DNA of 63,692 nt, the filler included, from Asterionella formosa (taxonomy: Eukaryota): NCBI GenBank assembly GCA_002256025.1. It is 26 parts of 26 records of this genome, joined end to end, with 100 filler letters (N's around TTAATTAATTAA, not from the genome) between each part and the next. Parts side by side here need not be neighbours in the genome. Positions count along the whole stretch, not along the records: positions 30,717 to 48,237 come from NKIB01004404.1; positions 48,338 to 49,427 come from NKIB01004405.1; positions 49,528 to 50,617 come from NKIB01004406.1; positions 50,718 to 51,807 come from NKIB01004407.1; 22 more parts are not named here. One strand, 5' to 3'. This document shows positions 39,053 through 51,907 of this stretch, one piece after another (positions within the stretch are counted from its first letter, which is position 1; each line of letters begins with the position of its first letter). A program made the translations under genes and the position numbers. The notes under the pieces are model-generated. The model did no database searches. It saw only the letters and a list, made by a program, of their open reading frames with translations, and was not told where the DNA came from.

Positions 39053-40711
39053 TCAGTGTTTGTCACCCAGCATGACCAGATCTGTAAGGTACTGGGCACA
39101 ATGTGGCACGGGAATTCCAACCGACTCCATAAGTTCCACATCCAGGTGATATGCTTCACACAAACGATTGATTTGATGTAATGACAAATCATCACCATGA
39201 ATTTGGCAAAAGCTATTCAATGCTTTGTCTGGCTTTTCCTTTTCAGCGGCAGTCATGAAGATGGGTAACCTTTGAATCCTAGACGTCGAATTCGAGCTCT
39301 GCACTTGTCCTTGGTTTCGAGTTGCCATTGTTTCGTTGAAACTCCTGTCCAAGGCGGAAGCAGTCTCAGATGGTTGCATGGCTTGATGTTGCCTATAAAA
39401 TAAGCTACTTTTCCTATTCGTCTCTTTATTCATGGCCCTTATCTCCTGTAGCGTCAATGTAGACAATCGACGATGTCGTCTTGCACCTTTCATGAAGCGA
39501 GAACGGATTTCTCCAATCCCACTTATCCATGGTCGTTCTGTGACCTTGATGTTTGGCGGTGTGAGAACATTCTGCCCAAAATGCTTGCTTATGGCACCGA
39601 ATCGAGCATTTTCACGTGTAGCATCTGAGAAATTATAATGTCGTCTTTTGATTTTGGATGCAACAATATTCGTATATTCACTTGATTTTCGATCGCGTAC
39701 TTTAGTGGAATGCGTAGTACATCCAAGGTCGGACATGATATCACTCAAGTTGGAGAAGGAAATAACAGCAACACCCACAGCTTTTCCACGAACTGCCGCA
39801 TGCAGTTGTTTTGTTTGCAAATCTTGATGTGGTTTGAATGGCTTTGGATTGGCTCGTGTGGGTAAGTTTTCAATGACACAAGTCAATGTGTGGGTCCAAT
39901 TTGATTTTAGGCACGCCTTCCGATACAAAGAATTTTGCCGTAAATCTTCGCATGTAGCTGATATAAATCGATCAATGGGATCTCGAAGAACAGTAAATAA
40001 TTTGTGAGGAAAGTTTGGATGGGTGACAGCCCATTCGAGCAAATCCGTACATGGTTGGCGCTGTTGTCGTGGTCTGTGGCTACCCGCTCGAGGGGGGAGC
40101 GTAGCTTTCAGGGGAGCCTGGTTCAACAATTCTACCGTTCCATTCAATCGCTGACGCAAATCTCCAAAGGCGTTTGAAAGAGAAGTGTGTCCATTTTTCA
40201 ATAATGGAATGTAAGTTAACCTAACCAACAAATCTGGCCAATCTCCCTGGACTGTCTGCCCCTCTGGAGGATCCTTGGCTGTGGGACCAACGCCGTAAAG
40301 CCTTTGTGCTTTGTTGTTTTTATTCTTTGGCCAAGACGCATGTAGCAATTCTCCATATGATCGACCACTTGGTACATTAAAGGTGTGAGGAAAGATGATG
40401 GGCAGTTGATCCAGGGCCACCTGATCGAGAATAAATTTGGATTTTGCCTCATCTAATTCGAGGTCGTTGGTCTTTCTGGCTGCTCCTTCGTCGCTGGAAA
40501 AATTCTCCGTCTTCATATGGTCATCAGCTCGAATCGCAATATGATTTTGATCAGATGGCTGGTCCAGGGATGACGAAACTATCAACATGATCCCCAAAAG
40601 CGGGTAACATACCAGCAACACGACAATGACGAGGCGTCCACTGCACCTTCGTCGCTCTGCGCTGACGATCCTTTTCTTTCCTGCGAAACGATGATTGCGT
40701 TTCTCCTTCAT
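39053..40711 (-). CDS. Type II membrane sulfotransferase-like protein (Sulfotransfer_2-type)
   Basis: N-terminal TM helix, 5'-PSB-like YIPLLKNGHTSL, 3'-PB FTVLRDPIDRFISA, and terminal RLCEAYHLDVELM. Confidence 0.75.
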   Translation of the reverse strand: MKEKRNHRFAGKKRIVSAERRRCSGRLVIVVLLVCYPLLGIMLIVSSSLDQPSDQNHIAIRADDHMKTENFSSDEGAARKTNDLELDEAKSKFILDQVALDQLPIIFPHTFNVPSGRSYGELLHASWPKNKNNKAQRLYGVGPTAKDPPEGQTVQGDWPDLLVRLTYIPLLKNGHTSLSNAFGDLRQRLNGTVELLNQAPLKATLPPRAGSHRPRQQRQPCTDLLEWAVTHPNFPHKLFTVLRDPIDRFISATCEDLRQNSLYRKACLKSNWTHTLTCVIENLPTRANPKPFKPHQDLQTKQLHAAVRGKAVGVAVISFSNLSDIMSDLGCTTHSTKVRDRKSSEYTNIVASKIKRRHYNFSDATRENARFGAISKHFGQNVLTPPNIKVTERPWISGIGEIRSRFMKGARRHRRLSTLTLQEIRAMNKETNRKSSLFYRQHQAMQPSETASALDRSFNETMATRNQGQVQSSNSTSRIQRLPIFMTAAEKEKPDKALNSFCQIHGDDLSLHQINRLCEAYHLDVELMESVGIPVPHCAQYLTDLVMLGDKH

Positions 40712-41828
40712 TGGGAGAATACCACTGCACTCACGTTGTTAATTGGGACAGCAATAATCATTGAATGATAAGAATCCAATGCATGTAATAATATGGGAAG
40801 CAGTTTTCATGAATATAGGAAAGAGAGCTGCTTTTTGCCTAATACCCAAAAGCACTACATATGTCGGGTTAACTGTTACCGGTATAATAACGGTATACCA
40901 GTACTGTTGGAAATACAACTAACGGATGTTCTGCCCTTCTCTGCCGGTAAATGGTGGTGGTTTACTGTACCCTGGTACCAGGTACTCTGTGTTCGTAAGT
41001 CAACTACATTTGACATACCAGCCAGGTACCTGGTACCAGGGTACCAGGAACTCCATCATACATGGAGTCGATCATAAATACGTGTCACTAACTGTATGAA
41101 CAATTCCTCTTCTGCGAAGTAAACCTACCACACACCACTCGTTTTAAAGGAGGATTTGTATCACCAGAAACAAGGCGGCATCGTTCATGCAGCTGCCAGA
41201 CGCAGTATTGCCATGAGAGAACTCGACGCCTACCAGGCCGAAAGGGTTTTTCCATGATCACAGCGAGCCAATCCCATTGCGAAGAAGCAATCCACACGTG
41301 AGCTACCGGTATGCACGTTAGGGCGATTCCCCATGTCGCAATAGTGATGAATAATTTGTTGAGGTACCGCTAGCAAATATGAGAGCATGTCAGTTCAGGT
41401 GTTGCATGCGTGCCGTCCCAACGATTGACCCACTTTGCTGTTGTATAACTCAGCCAATGAATATGCAGAATTTGTTGTACTAGGATAGCGACAACTATTC
41501 AAGAAAAAGGCGATGCAATACTGCCTCCAATACCCGTTCAAGAATGCCAATCCCTTACCTACATGTACCCGAATGAAGCGATTCCACCAGGATACATATT
41601 ATTTTATTTACAAACTGAACGCCGGCAGGGTCAAAATTTAAACCAGCGATAAACACTCAAAAACTTCCTACAAACTCTCACCCCCCCCACGCATAGTGGT
41701 ATCCTCATAGAAATAACGTGGTCACTCATCACGGAAATTTTGTCATCAATTCGAGCTCATCCATAAGCTCGATTCAATACACACATTTCTAGATTAGGCA
41801 TTGGTAGAAACAAAACTTATCCGCGGAA

Positions 41829-43418
41829 ATGATGCTTAACACGAAAAGCAATAATAGCGCCGTTGTGAGCAAGATAGCAAGCAGCAAGTCGCAAAATGGT
41901 GTGGCTATTGTCGAGGAACGGAACGATCAAGGAATGGTAGGTTTTGATCGGCTGAGCTTGATGAAGCAGCCCTTGCTATTAAATCCGACTTCGTGCTCAT
42001 AGAAGGCTAACCCGATCTTCCTTTGTTATTTGCAGAATGAAATCGAAGACGAGCTGTTTTCGCTCTTGAATCTAGACCCCAGAAAACCGGATTCAAAGGA
42101 GATTTTCAAGCTCAATGAGCGGGCCCTTCTCGTCATGGCTCGGTTGCATCGTTCCGCCTTTCGGAAAATGTACACAATCAAGGGATACTGGATCGACCCT
42201 GCCAAGAAAAGCTATCCTCTGAAAGCTGTTTGCGCTCTCGGGGCATCCTTGTCGACTATCAAAACAGTTTATGAACTATATCCTGACGCAGCCTTTGATG
42301 CCCTTTGCGAATGTTCCTTCAGCAAATTTCCGCTTTCAGTGGTTGAATTCCTCGTTGAATCAAGGCCTTCTGCCCTTGATCAAGTGGACAATAACGGAAG
42401 GACTGTGCTTCATTACAGTTCGACGTGCAATTCTGTTTCCAAGGATGTCATCAAGTATATTGTGAGCAAAAATGAAGCACGCCTGCTGACAAAGACTACA
42501 AAAGGAAGCACACCGCTTCACCTTGCATGCGGTCATTTGCTATCGTTAAAGAACATTCGCCTCTTTATCGATAGAGAGGGAGCCGTCCTAAAGGCCGAAA
42601 ATAACGAAGGGCGAACACCATTGTATGTTGCATGCTGCGAAAAGACTCCATTGGACGTTATCAAATACCTCATTGAATGTTGTCCTACTGCATTAGAAAT
42701 GCCAGACATGGATGGCTATGTACCCTTGCATGGTGCATGCTGCAGTAATGAATTGTCGATGGATCTCATTGAACTATTGGTGTCCAAAAACGTTTCAACC
42801 TTGACCACCAAGGCTGCCCAGGGCGGAAATGGACGCACTCCGTTGCACGTTGCCGCGGCAGAAATGGAGCGGGCGGAACTGGTAACCTTCCTCGCTGAGA
42901 AGAACCCATCCATGTTGGTCGAACCAGATGGTGAAGGCCAAACGCCAATCCATGTGGCATGTGCCTTCTCCGACTTGGATACAGTCAAGGTCCTTCTCAA
43001 ACTTAAACCAGAAACGCTCCAAATGAAGTCCAATTTAGACTATACTCCATTTGTGGAGGCAGTCGTCGCTGAGAATATGCCCGTTGTTTTACATATGACA
43101 GAAACATACCCCAGCTTGTTGGTTGTCAAGGGCCACGAACTGGGCTGGTATCCCTTGCATTATGCGTGTTTTGAAGGAAAGAAGGAATCCCTCAAATTCC
43201 TCCTCGAGAAACACCCTAATGCGGCCAAGGAAGTTGACAAGCAAGGACGAACTCCGCTTGCGTTGGTTGCAAAACGTGACGATTGTGACACGGTCACTAT
43301 TCATTCCTTAGTTGCTTGTCACTACGACACAATGAAAATTGTGGACTTCAACGGAAATCCACCGTTGACTCATGACCAGAAAGATGCTTTAATCGCCTTC
43401 TTCTTGGAAAACCGTTAA
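41829..43418 (+). CDS. Ankyrin-repeat protein, paralogue 1 (exons 41829-41936, 42036-43418)
   Basis: About 10 GxTPLHxAC-type repeats. GT-AG intron with gctaac branch point. Confidence 0.92.
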
Positions 43419-44480
43419 GGAAATATGCCTAACCAAGCTTTAATTACACCGGGGTACTAGCTAGGTGGAGCTGCTGCTCGTTGTCTATATGATGGCTTGT
43501 TCCTGGCTTGGTATATGTATTTTGGGCCAAGTTGGCAGGGTACTGGCCTGAAGTGGACAAATTGGTTCGCTTTGAGACAGGATGGAGAGTTGAGGAGTTT
43601 TGAGTACTCTATGGTTATTAGAAGGTCAAAATCTCACACAGGGAAGTGGATTATCCATTGACTACTGGCAGTATGGGAGTTGGGTAATTTTTGAAAAAAT
43701 GTTCGGGCGTGATGGTTAGAAAATTATGAAGTTATAAATTACAGTTAGCTACTGTAATGTCATTTTTGGCGTTGAGTGAGATGCAAGGTAACAGCAACCT
43801 ACCTGATGGTACTTTAAGTGTGGGTGCTTAGCAACTCTTCTCCCAGAACGGAGGAAGAATATCTTGCTATTCACTGCGCTCAGACAAAGGACTTGCTATG
43901 AGTACATAGGCAGCTATTCTTGTCTTAATTTCCTTATGTAAACCACAAGGGAGTTACTGGGTAAAATAGGTAGGAGTACTTTGTATGTTCATTTGCAAGT
44001 TGTGCTATGGTACATAGGCATTTATTTATGCACGGCTATTCTCACCGAGGAGGAATAAAGAATATTTATACGGCTTACCAAAGTTTTGCGCTCGCCCTCC
44101 TATCCGGCGTGGATCGAGGAATCGCTATTTGATATTATTTTAGTGTGAATATTTATTTTTGAGCTCCTGCAGAAACCGTTCCAATTCGGCTCGGCGCGCA
44201 GGACCAACAATATTTATCCAGAACTGGTTAATGATGGTTTCAGTGCATAATATGTATGCACAAAAAGTACCTCGCAAACAGAAGGTGACCAACCCTCGAC
44301 ATAGCGAGCGCGCACGGTGAGCATCGTGCCATGTGGTTCGCTTATCTACCCCACCATGTGATGTTCGAGAGTTGCGCGCAGTATCTTAAAAAAACGGTTC
44401 TACGGCAATTGTCTCCACTATTTCATCCCTAAACTTCTTGATTTAAACAAAAAGGCAAAAGCACAAACGTTGCTTCCATC

Positions 44481-46081
44481 ATGCTGGTATATACCGAGGC
44501 AAACAACAGTACACGAGACACAGTGGTGACCAAGAAGCGGGAGAAAGAAGTCAGAGACGATGACGAAAACAAAGATGGAATGGTACGTTCCTCTGGATTT
44601 AGAATTGCTTGCCCTGCAGAATGAAAAGAACCACCAGTTTACCAAGCGCTAACTTTTCTGCTATCTCACAATCACCGCCTTGCGTCGAAAAGAACGAAGC
44701 AGAAGACGAAATCTTTAGCCTTCTTAATCTAGATCCTCGAAAATCAGATTCAAAAGAGAAATTCAAGTTTCGCGAAAGGGCAGTGCTTGTCATGGCGCGT
44801 TTGAACAGTTCCGCCTTTCAGAGGAAATACAAGATGAAGGGGTACTGGATTGATCCAGAAAAGACTGTCTTTCCATTGACAGCTGTCTGTGCTCTTGGAG
44901 CATCGCTTTCGGCCATCAAAAAAGTGTACGACGTTTATCCCGCTGCCGCATTTGATGCTCTTCGTCAATGTTCCGCACACAAATTTCCCCTACCTGTCGT
45001 TAAGTTCATCGTTGAATCACAGCCCCAAGTACTTGACCAGGTTGACAATAGTGGAAGGACTGTGCTTCATTACAGTGCCATATGCAACTCGTTGTCCACA
45101 GATGTCATCAACTACCTGGTTTCCCAAAACGAATTACGGCTGCTAACGAAGACCACAAAAGGAAGCACACCACTTCACCTGGCGTGTGCGACTAAGTTGC
45201 CCTTGGAAAAGCTGATGGTATTCGCGGACAGGGAAAAGTCTGTGTTTAAAGTCAGCAACATCGAAGGAAAAACCCCATTGTTCCTTGCATGCTGCGAGAA
45301 GACACCACTAGATGTGATCAAATATCTCCTCGATTCTTGTCCAACATCGTTGGGTATGGCAGACCTGGATGGGTACACTCCACTTCATGCTGCATGCTGC
45401 AGTACCAACATGTCATTGGAGCTGGTTGAATTTCTTGTGATGTGGGACAAAATGACCTTAATAGTCAAGACTACCAAGGGCGGAAGTGGGCGTTCACCAT
45501 TACATGTAGCATCTGCCTTGACGGGTCGAATGGAATTGGTGTCATTTCTGGCCACAACAAATCCATCCATTCTGACCGAACCTGACAACGAGGGACTCAC
45601 GCCACTACATGTGGCGTGTGCTTGTTCAGACTTAGAGACAGTGAAGGCACTACTCTCCATGAATGAGGAAGTACTCAAATTGAAGACCCATCAATACTAC
45701 ACTCCTTTTGTGGAGGCATGTGTTGCAGAGAACATGCCTGTTGTGGTACATATGGCGGAAACGTATCCTGACGTGCTGTCCATCAAAAGCAACTTAATTA
45801 GTTGGTATCCCTTGCACCATGCGTGCGCTGAAGGGAAAAAGGACGCATTGAAATTTCTCCTTGAGAAATATCCCGCTGCTGCAAAGGAAGTGGACACGCG
45901 AGGTCGAACTCCCCTTGCCTTAGTTGCATGTCGAGAGGATTGTGACCCCAATACTATTTATCTTCTTGTGTCTTCATATTTCGATGCGGTGAAGATTCTT
46001 GATAATGACGGGATCCCGCCATTAAACCATGATCACAAAGATGCCTTGATTGCGTTATTTTTGGAAAATCGATCAGTTTGA
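44481..46081 (+). CDS. Ankyrin-repeat protein, paralogue 2 (exons 44481-44582, 44693-46081)
   Basis: Colinear with paralogue 1, with the intron at the same GM|NE position. Confidence 0.92.
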
Positions 46082-47435
46082 TGCAGGGCAAGCAATTGGC
46101 ACTACTTAAGTAACTGCTTTGTGCACTGTTTTGTAAGTAAATTTACCCGAATTGAATGTGTAACAAAAAAGGACTTGGTTCATATGAAATCGCTATTGTA
46201 TATCCAAATTGCATACTAGAAAAAATTAACAAAGCAACTACCGGTATAAGAATTAGCATATATAAAGTATTTTGTTAACAGGCGCCCGAATTTCCCTCAA
46301 GAGGGATTTGGTCATAAATTTACCCCACTGGGGAGTTGTCAGTAAAATCTCCTCGCCATTTTGTGAGTGACAAGTCGCTAAAGGGCAACAGTTCATATGA
46401 CGATATACAATGGACTTGAGTCATCAAAAAGGGCCTTTTGTTAGAATAGACAAAGGGTTCGATTATTGTCGTGGCATCGCCTAATCTAGGAGAAACACCA
46501 TGAAAGGGTCCTTTTTTTAATTGGTTCAGCAAGTGATGCAATAACCTCAAGAGATTGCAAGTGCATATGTACCATCAAAACGATTTTTATAGCTGAATAA
46601 ACATAACGTGTTTACCAGTTTGTATTTGAGCTCATTCACTAATTATAGTCGATATTCTGGCTTTTGTACTTTGACACATACTGACCAGCATACTAGCAAA
46701 TAGGTATTCATTACTAAATTTTGTCTCCATCCACTTCCAATCTTACTTTTGCTATTACTTTAGTTTCCTGATGTGTTTCCATTCCACAAAAACTATTGGG
46801 GTATTTGAAGAGGAGCATCTGCATCAGGAGTCGTCATTGTGTTTCCAATGCACCTTTGAAAAACGCTGGCAATCACATTCAATTGTTGAGAAGCACCACA
46901 ACCTTGATTCTTCTCTTCAGCTAATATAAATTAATCATACATAAGATAAACACAGAATGCTACTAAACGCATTTCTGCATTACCGGTACAGGGTACTTTG
47001 AGATTGATATACAATCTACATGTACAAGTGGAGCAGTCTATAAGACACAATAGCCCTCAGTTTAAAGAATTCAAAAACCATGAAATTTTAAAATCAAATT
47101 TACAGTTCTTTGATTAATCTAGCAACAGCTTAATAGCAGGGATGACAGTAAGAAATTAGTCCTTGTTAGCCTTTGTTGATCATCAACCAATGGACTCCCA
47201 ATGCTACCTCTACTGTAACCATTTACTGAAACTAAAAGTTATATTTAGTTTTTTCTTACCTAATTGATGTTAACGAATTGCTTGGTGCCACATTTCAATC
47301 TAGTTAGTGAGCATAGAAGCAATGTACTAAATATATGTAAATGAGGGATCATGTTGCTTCATGCATGTCTGGGTCATCTCTTGTCATTGTCCCTCTCACG
47401 TGATACAAATGATTTGAAAATGAAGAATTGCTCAC

Positions 47436-48214
47436 CTAAACAACAACTGTGGAGTTGTTGCTTCCTTCAAAAAGCAGGCGCCTTCCACACCAAGCAGCAC
47501 CATTGCCACACCAACCATATTGGCTGCAACAATCATTGGAATTTGCACACCTTCCATTGCCCCTGTTACCATTGCCGCATGTAGCCCCTGATGAGCCACA
47601 ATATGCCATACCAGTACCACACCAACCATATTGACTGCAGCACAAATAGGGATCTGGGCACTTTCCATTGCCCCTCTGGCCATTACCACATGTACCACCA
47701 GTACTAGGAGGAACAGGAGGCGCAGAAGGAGGAGGAGCAGGTCCCCCTGGTGATTCAGTACTTATACAGCTTCTCGAGGCAAGGAGATTGCTAATTGAGC
47801 TTCTCGACTGTGAGCTAAATCCATTGGTCCCACTGTTAATGGATGGCTCCATGATCCACTCTACACCATTGGTATTAGGATCATGGTTTGAACCTTCAGA
47901 TTTTCAAATTAGGAAGAAATTAGATCCATGTGAAACAAATAAAGATTAGGGACAGGAATAATACATACAAGATGCGTTCAAAAAAAAGATTCACAACATA
48001 CCAGCATTATGTCCCAGCTCATGGGCAAAGAGATTGGCCTGCATTTGGCGGTCACTACTGAAGGTGATGTAGTTTACACCATAGGAGGAACTGCAAAGAC
48101 TTCCCACAAATGCACAACCAATTACACAACCGCCATTACTGCATTCCAAACCTGTCCCAGAGAACAAATGAGCCGCGTCTCGCCTGACTGACCCTCTATT
48201 GGTGCTCCAGTAAC
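47436..48214 (-). CDS. M12B/reprolysin-like zinc metalloprotease with Pro-rich linker and two hevein (CBM18) chitin-binding domains (5' partial; exons 48214-48002, 47893-47436)
   Basis: Spliced product RDAAHLFSG..IGCAFVGSLC..FAHELGHNAGSNHD..WIMEP (HExxHxxGxxH plus Met-turn), then two CGNG.RGNG.C...CCSQYGWCG....(Y/W)CG domains. Confidence 0.88.
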
Positions 48215-48337
48215 CTGAAAAGAACTGGAGCAGACCANNNNNNNNNNNNNNNNNNNNNNNNNNNNNNNNNNNNNNNNNNNNTTAATTAATTAANNNNNNN
48301 NNNNNNNNNNNNNNNNNNNNNNNNNNNNNNNNNNNNN

Positions 48338-49250
48338 GGCGACATGCATTGAATGTTAAAATATGCAACAGCTGTTTCTAAACAATTTTACGAATTCATT
48401 CGTTGACAGTTGCTCCTCCTCTCATTCTTCTTCCATATTTTACTTGTTAGATTTATCGCTGTAGAATATTTGTAGCCGCTCCGAGAAGGAGACAGCCATT
48501 GCCGCACATCTCAATTTTGACTCTCTATCATGGCAACATGTATTGAATATTTAAAACTATCATGGCAACATGCATTGAATATTTAAAATATGCAACAGCT
48601 GTTTCTTAACGAATTTACGAATTCAATTGTTGTCAGCTACTCATCCTTTCCTTCTTTTTCTATATTGTACTTGCTAGAGTTATCACTGTAGACTTTTTGT
48701 AGCTGCTCCGAAACGGAGAAGGCCATTGTGGCACATCTCAATTTCGATTCACTACGGAGACATGCAATGCTCCACGATGCTCAACGAGTACCAACGGTGC
48801 TTTATTTCCAATCTTTTAGGCTATTGTAATCTCTACAATCAACAATGACTTAATAATGTGTCTTCAACATCAACTACTACTACGTGTGCTGAACTCTACT
48901 GTGTGAATCTTCCTCTTGCATGTGTTATTCTTTGCCAGTTCAGATCAAAGAAATATGTCGGAGCGGAAAAAATAATAAGTGAATCGGAATTGGCGACTCT
49001 TTCGTTCATTATGTGGTGAAAGCAGCATAATATTGCGACAGGGCAGCATAATTATTGGTGTGATCACATAATTATTCGATAAGTGAAATAAATTTTTGTT
49101 TAACCCGAATAAATTAGGGAAAAAGTAGCATAATATTTCAAAAAAGTAACATAAAAATTTAGAAAAGTAACATAATATTTTAAAAAAGTAGCATAAATAC
49201 GTCACTTTAGACATAAATTCGAAAAAGTGCCGTAAACGGCGTCTTAGATG
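48338..49250 (-). mobile_element. Unclassified repeat element terminus (copy 2) with an internal ~228-nt diverged tandem duplication (48340-48770)
   Basis: Matches 25960-26505. Two copies of catgcattgaat..aaaatatgcaacagctgtttct..gcacatctcaattt. Confidence 0.8.
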
Positions 49251-49427
49251 CAAGTAACAGTGTTTGCACACGTCTCGCATCCGCAATGTAATACTGACCG
49301 TTAAGGGGGGCACGATGGATCATGCGCTCGTTGAATGAGCCATAATCGGCCTCAGCTTCGGGATCCTCCGCTTCTTTTACCACATAAGACAATGGTATGC
49401 CGCTAACGCCGGGAATGACAGCCAAGT
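49251..49427 (-). mobile_element. Gag fragment of a diatom Copia-type retrotransposon, interrupted at 49250
   Basis: GVSGIPLSYVVKE..YGSFNERMIHRAPLNGQYYIADARRVQTLL. Confidence 0.7.
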
Positions 49428-50717
49428 NNNNNNNNNNNNNNNNNNNNNNNNNNNNNNNNNNNNNNNNNNNNTTAATTAATTAANNNNNNNNNNNNNNNNN
49501 NNNNNNNNNNNNNNNNNNNNNNNNNNNAGAAAATTTTCACAATACATAACGAAAAACATTGTGACTTCGACACATTGCGCATTCGAAGGATGGAGAATGT
49601 TTAAGGTAATGAAGCCATCAATGTGGTAGCTACTTGGATGACAATCGTTGGGAGGCAGGCAGCACAACAACAAATTGTTAACTAAACGCAGCCACAAGTC
49701 CTTTTTTCTCAGTTGATTAAACAGCTCATTTCGCTTGTTGGGGAGCACCAATGTAAAACAAAACCAAATTGCGCAAATGCTCTTGTCGCTCGTTGGACCT
49801 ATTCACTTCTGTTGGAACAAAGCTGACAAAACGTTTACCTTCTCTCAAAGTTAAGATGACAAAAATGTACCGGTAAGTTTTATTCAACAACATTGGATAC
49901 CCGAAACTTACTTATTCAAGAATTTACTGACAAGTTACTAGTATTACAGACTTATGCATCAGTTGCATTGATTTGTGGTAAGTGAAGCAAGATGATACGA
50001 TGCAATTGCGTGTCGTTGTTTCAATGTAACATGACTACTTGCTAACAAATCATTCCTTCTCATTGTTTCTGCAACTGCATAGGTTGCTGCAATGTAAATT
50101 GAATCCTCGACTCAAATGAAAGAACTCTGCAATACAGTTGAATGGTGAGTGTGTTCTTGTTGTGTACCTAAATGCTAGCATGGCTTGTCAGCTCACGCAT
50201 TGTTGACAACAGGCAGGGACAATGAGGTCCGGAATGAACTGTGTGTTGCTTTCTGCTGTTGCTAGTTCTATCATATACATTACTGACACACTGTTGTTAT
50301 GAAAATCTCTGCAGGTCAATGAAGAAGCAAGTCATTTCAAGTACAAGAAGGAAATCAGTGTGTGAGGATGCATTCATGTTGCAACTTCGTAGAATGATGC
50401 CTGTTCAAGAGTGAATAATTTCCCCCTTCTGAATGAATGGCTTCTCCTTGTCTTGCAATGTCCTTACAGATGTCTCATAATGCCTGCCTTCTCAAGACTG
50501 AAGATTCCATTCTGATAGAACAGCTTTGTTTGATTGCATATCGAGATTTGTTTCCCATGTAATGTGAAATACCGGTTGTTGAATTAGTAATCAACATTAT
50601 TTGATAATACTTTTAAANNNNNNNNNNNNNNNNNNNNNNNNNNNNNNNNNNNNNNNNNNNNTTAATTAATTAANNNNNNNNNNNNNNNNNNNNNNNNNNN
50701 NNNNNNNNNNNNNNNNN

Positions 50718-51807
50718 GATACTTGGCGTATTGCTATTCCTACATCATTATTGGATCCTATTATTAATTGGTATCATCAGATGTTAGCTCATGTGGGTAT
50801 GACAAGATTAAATGCTACAATTGCTACACATTTTTATCACCCTATATTAGAAACAAGAGTGGAACATATTGTAAGAGTATGTGAAGCATGTCAACGTACA
50901 AAATTACCTGGTACTGGTTTTGGTGAACTTCCACCCAGGAATGCATTATTATTACCATGGTCAGAAGTCGCAGTAGATCTAATTGGTCCATGGAAGATAA
51001 CAGTGGCTGCTCAAACGATTGAATTTCGTGCTCTAACTTGTATTGACACAGTCACCAATTTAGCAGAAATTTCACGTATCATCAATAAAACATCAGAATA
51101 TATTGCAATGAAATTTGAAAATGATTGGTTAGCCAGATATCCCCGTCCAGAACGTTGTATACATGACAATGGAGGTGAATTTACTGGTGCTCCTTTCTTA
51201 CACATGTTAGTATTGAATGGAATCAAAGATGTGAATACCACAGTAAAGAATCCACTAGCAAATGCTATCTGTGAACGTTTCCATCAATCTATCAGCAATA
51301 GTCTACGAGTTATGTTAAAGGCTCATCCTCCAATCAATGAATTTCAAGCCCAAAATATTGTGGATACATGTTTTGCAGCTGCGTCAGATGCAGCTCGAGC
51401 TACTATTCATAGTATATTACGTATTTCACCAGGAGCATGGGTTTTCCAACGTGATATGATATTAAATATTCCTTTGATTACAAAGTGGGTGACGAGATTT
51501 TAATATTATTGGATAATCCTACTACTTTGGATGATCGTGGACGAGGTCCTTATACTATTATTCAAGTACATGCCAATGGTACAGTTACTTTTCAACGCAC
51601 TATGCATATTACCGAACGAATTAATATTCGTCATATCAAACCTTTTCATAGGTAAAAGGTTTTCCCTCAAGTGTGGGAGAGTGAGCAATCCTGCACATCG
51701 ATACAGATATATATAGAGTTGGGGTTATGTCAAATATATCGGAATTCAATAATGAGAGAACTCGACTAACACCCATTCTATACTTTGATGTCAGTTCAGG
51801 AAATGAG
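50718..51807 (+). mobile_element. Ty3/Gypsy integrase (frameshifted near 51483) with probable PPT and LTR start at ~51682
   Basis: HHCC zinc motif (WYHQMLAH..CEACQR), catalytic VDLIGPW / HDNGGEF / NAICER, GPY module in another frame, and gggagag|TG. Confidence 0.88.
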
Positions 51808-51907
51808 NNNNNNNNNNNNNNNNNNNNNNNNNNNNNNNNNNNNNNNNNNNNTTAATTAATTAANNNNNNNNNNNNNNNNNNNNNNNNNNNNNNNNNNNNN
51901 NNNNNNN

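Noticed and set aside
49528..50617. Possible multi-exon gene or transposon remnant
   Set aside because: Splice-like signals are present but the frames I translated contain stops and no family motif was recognised.
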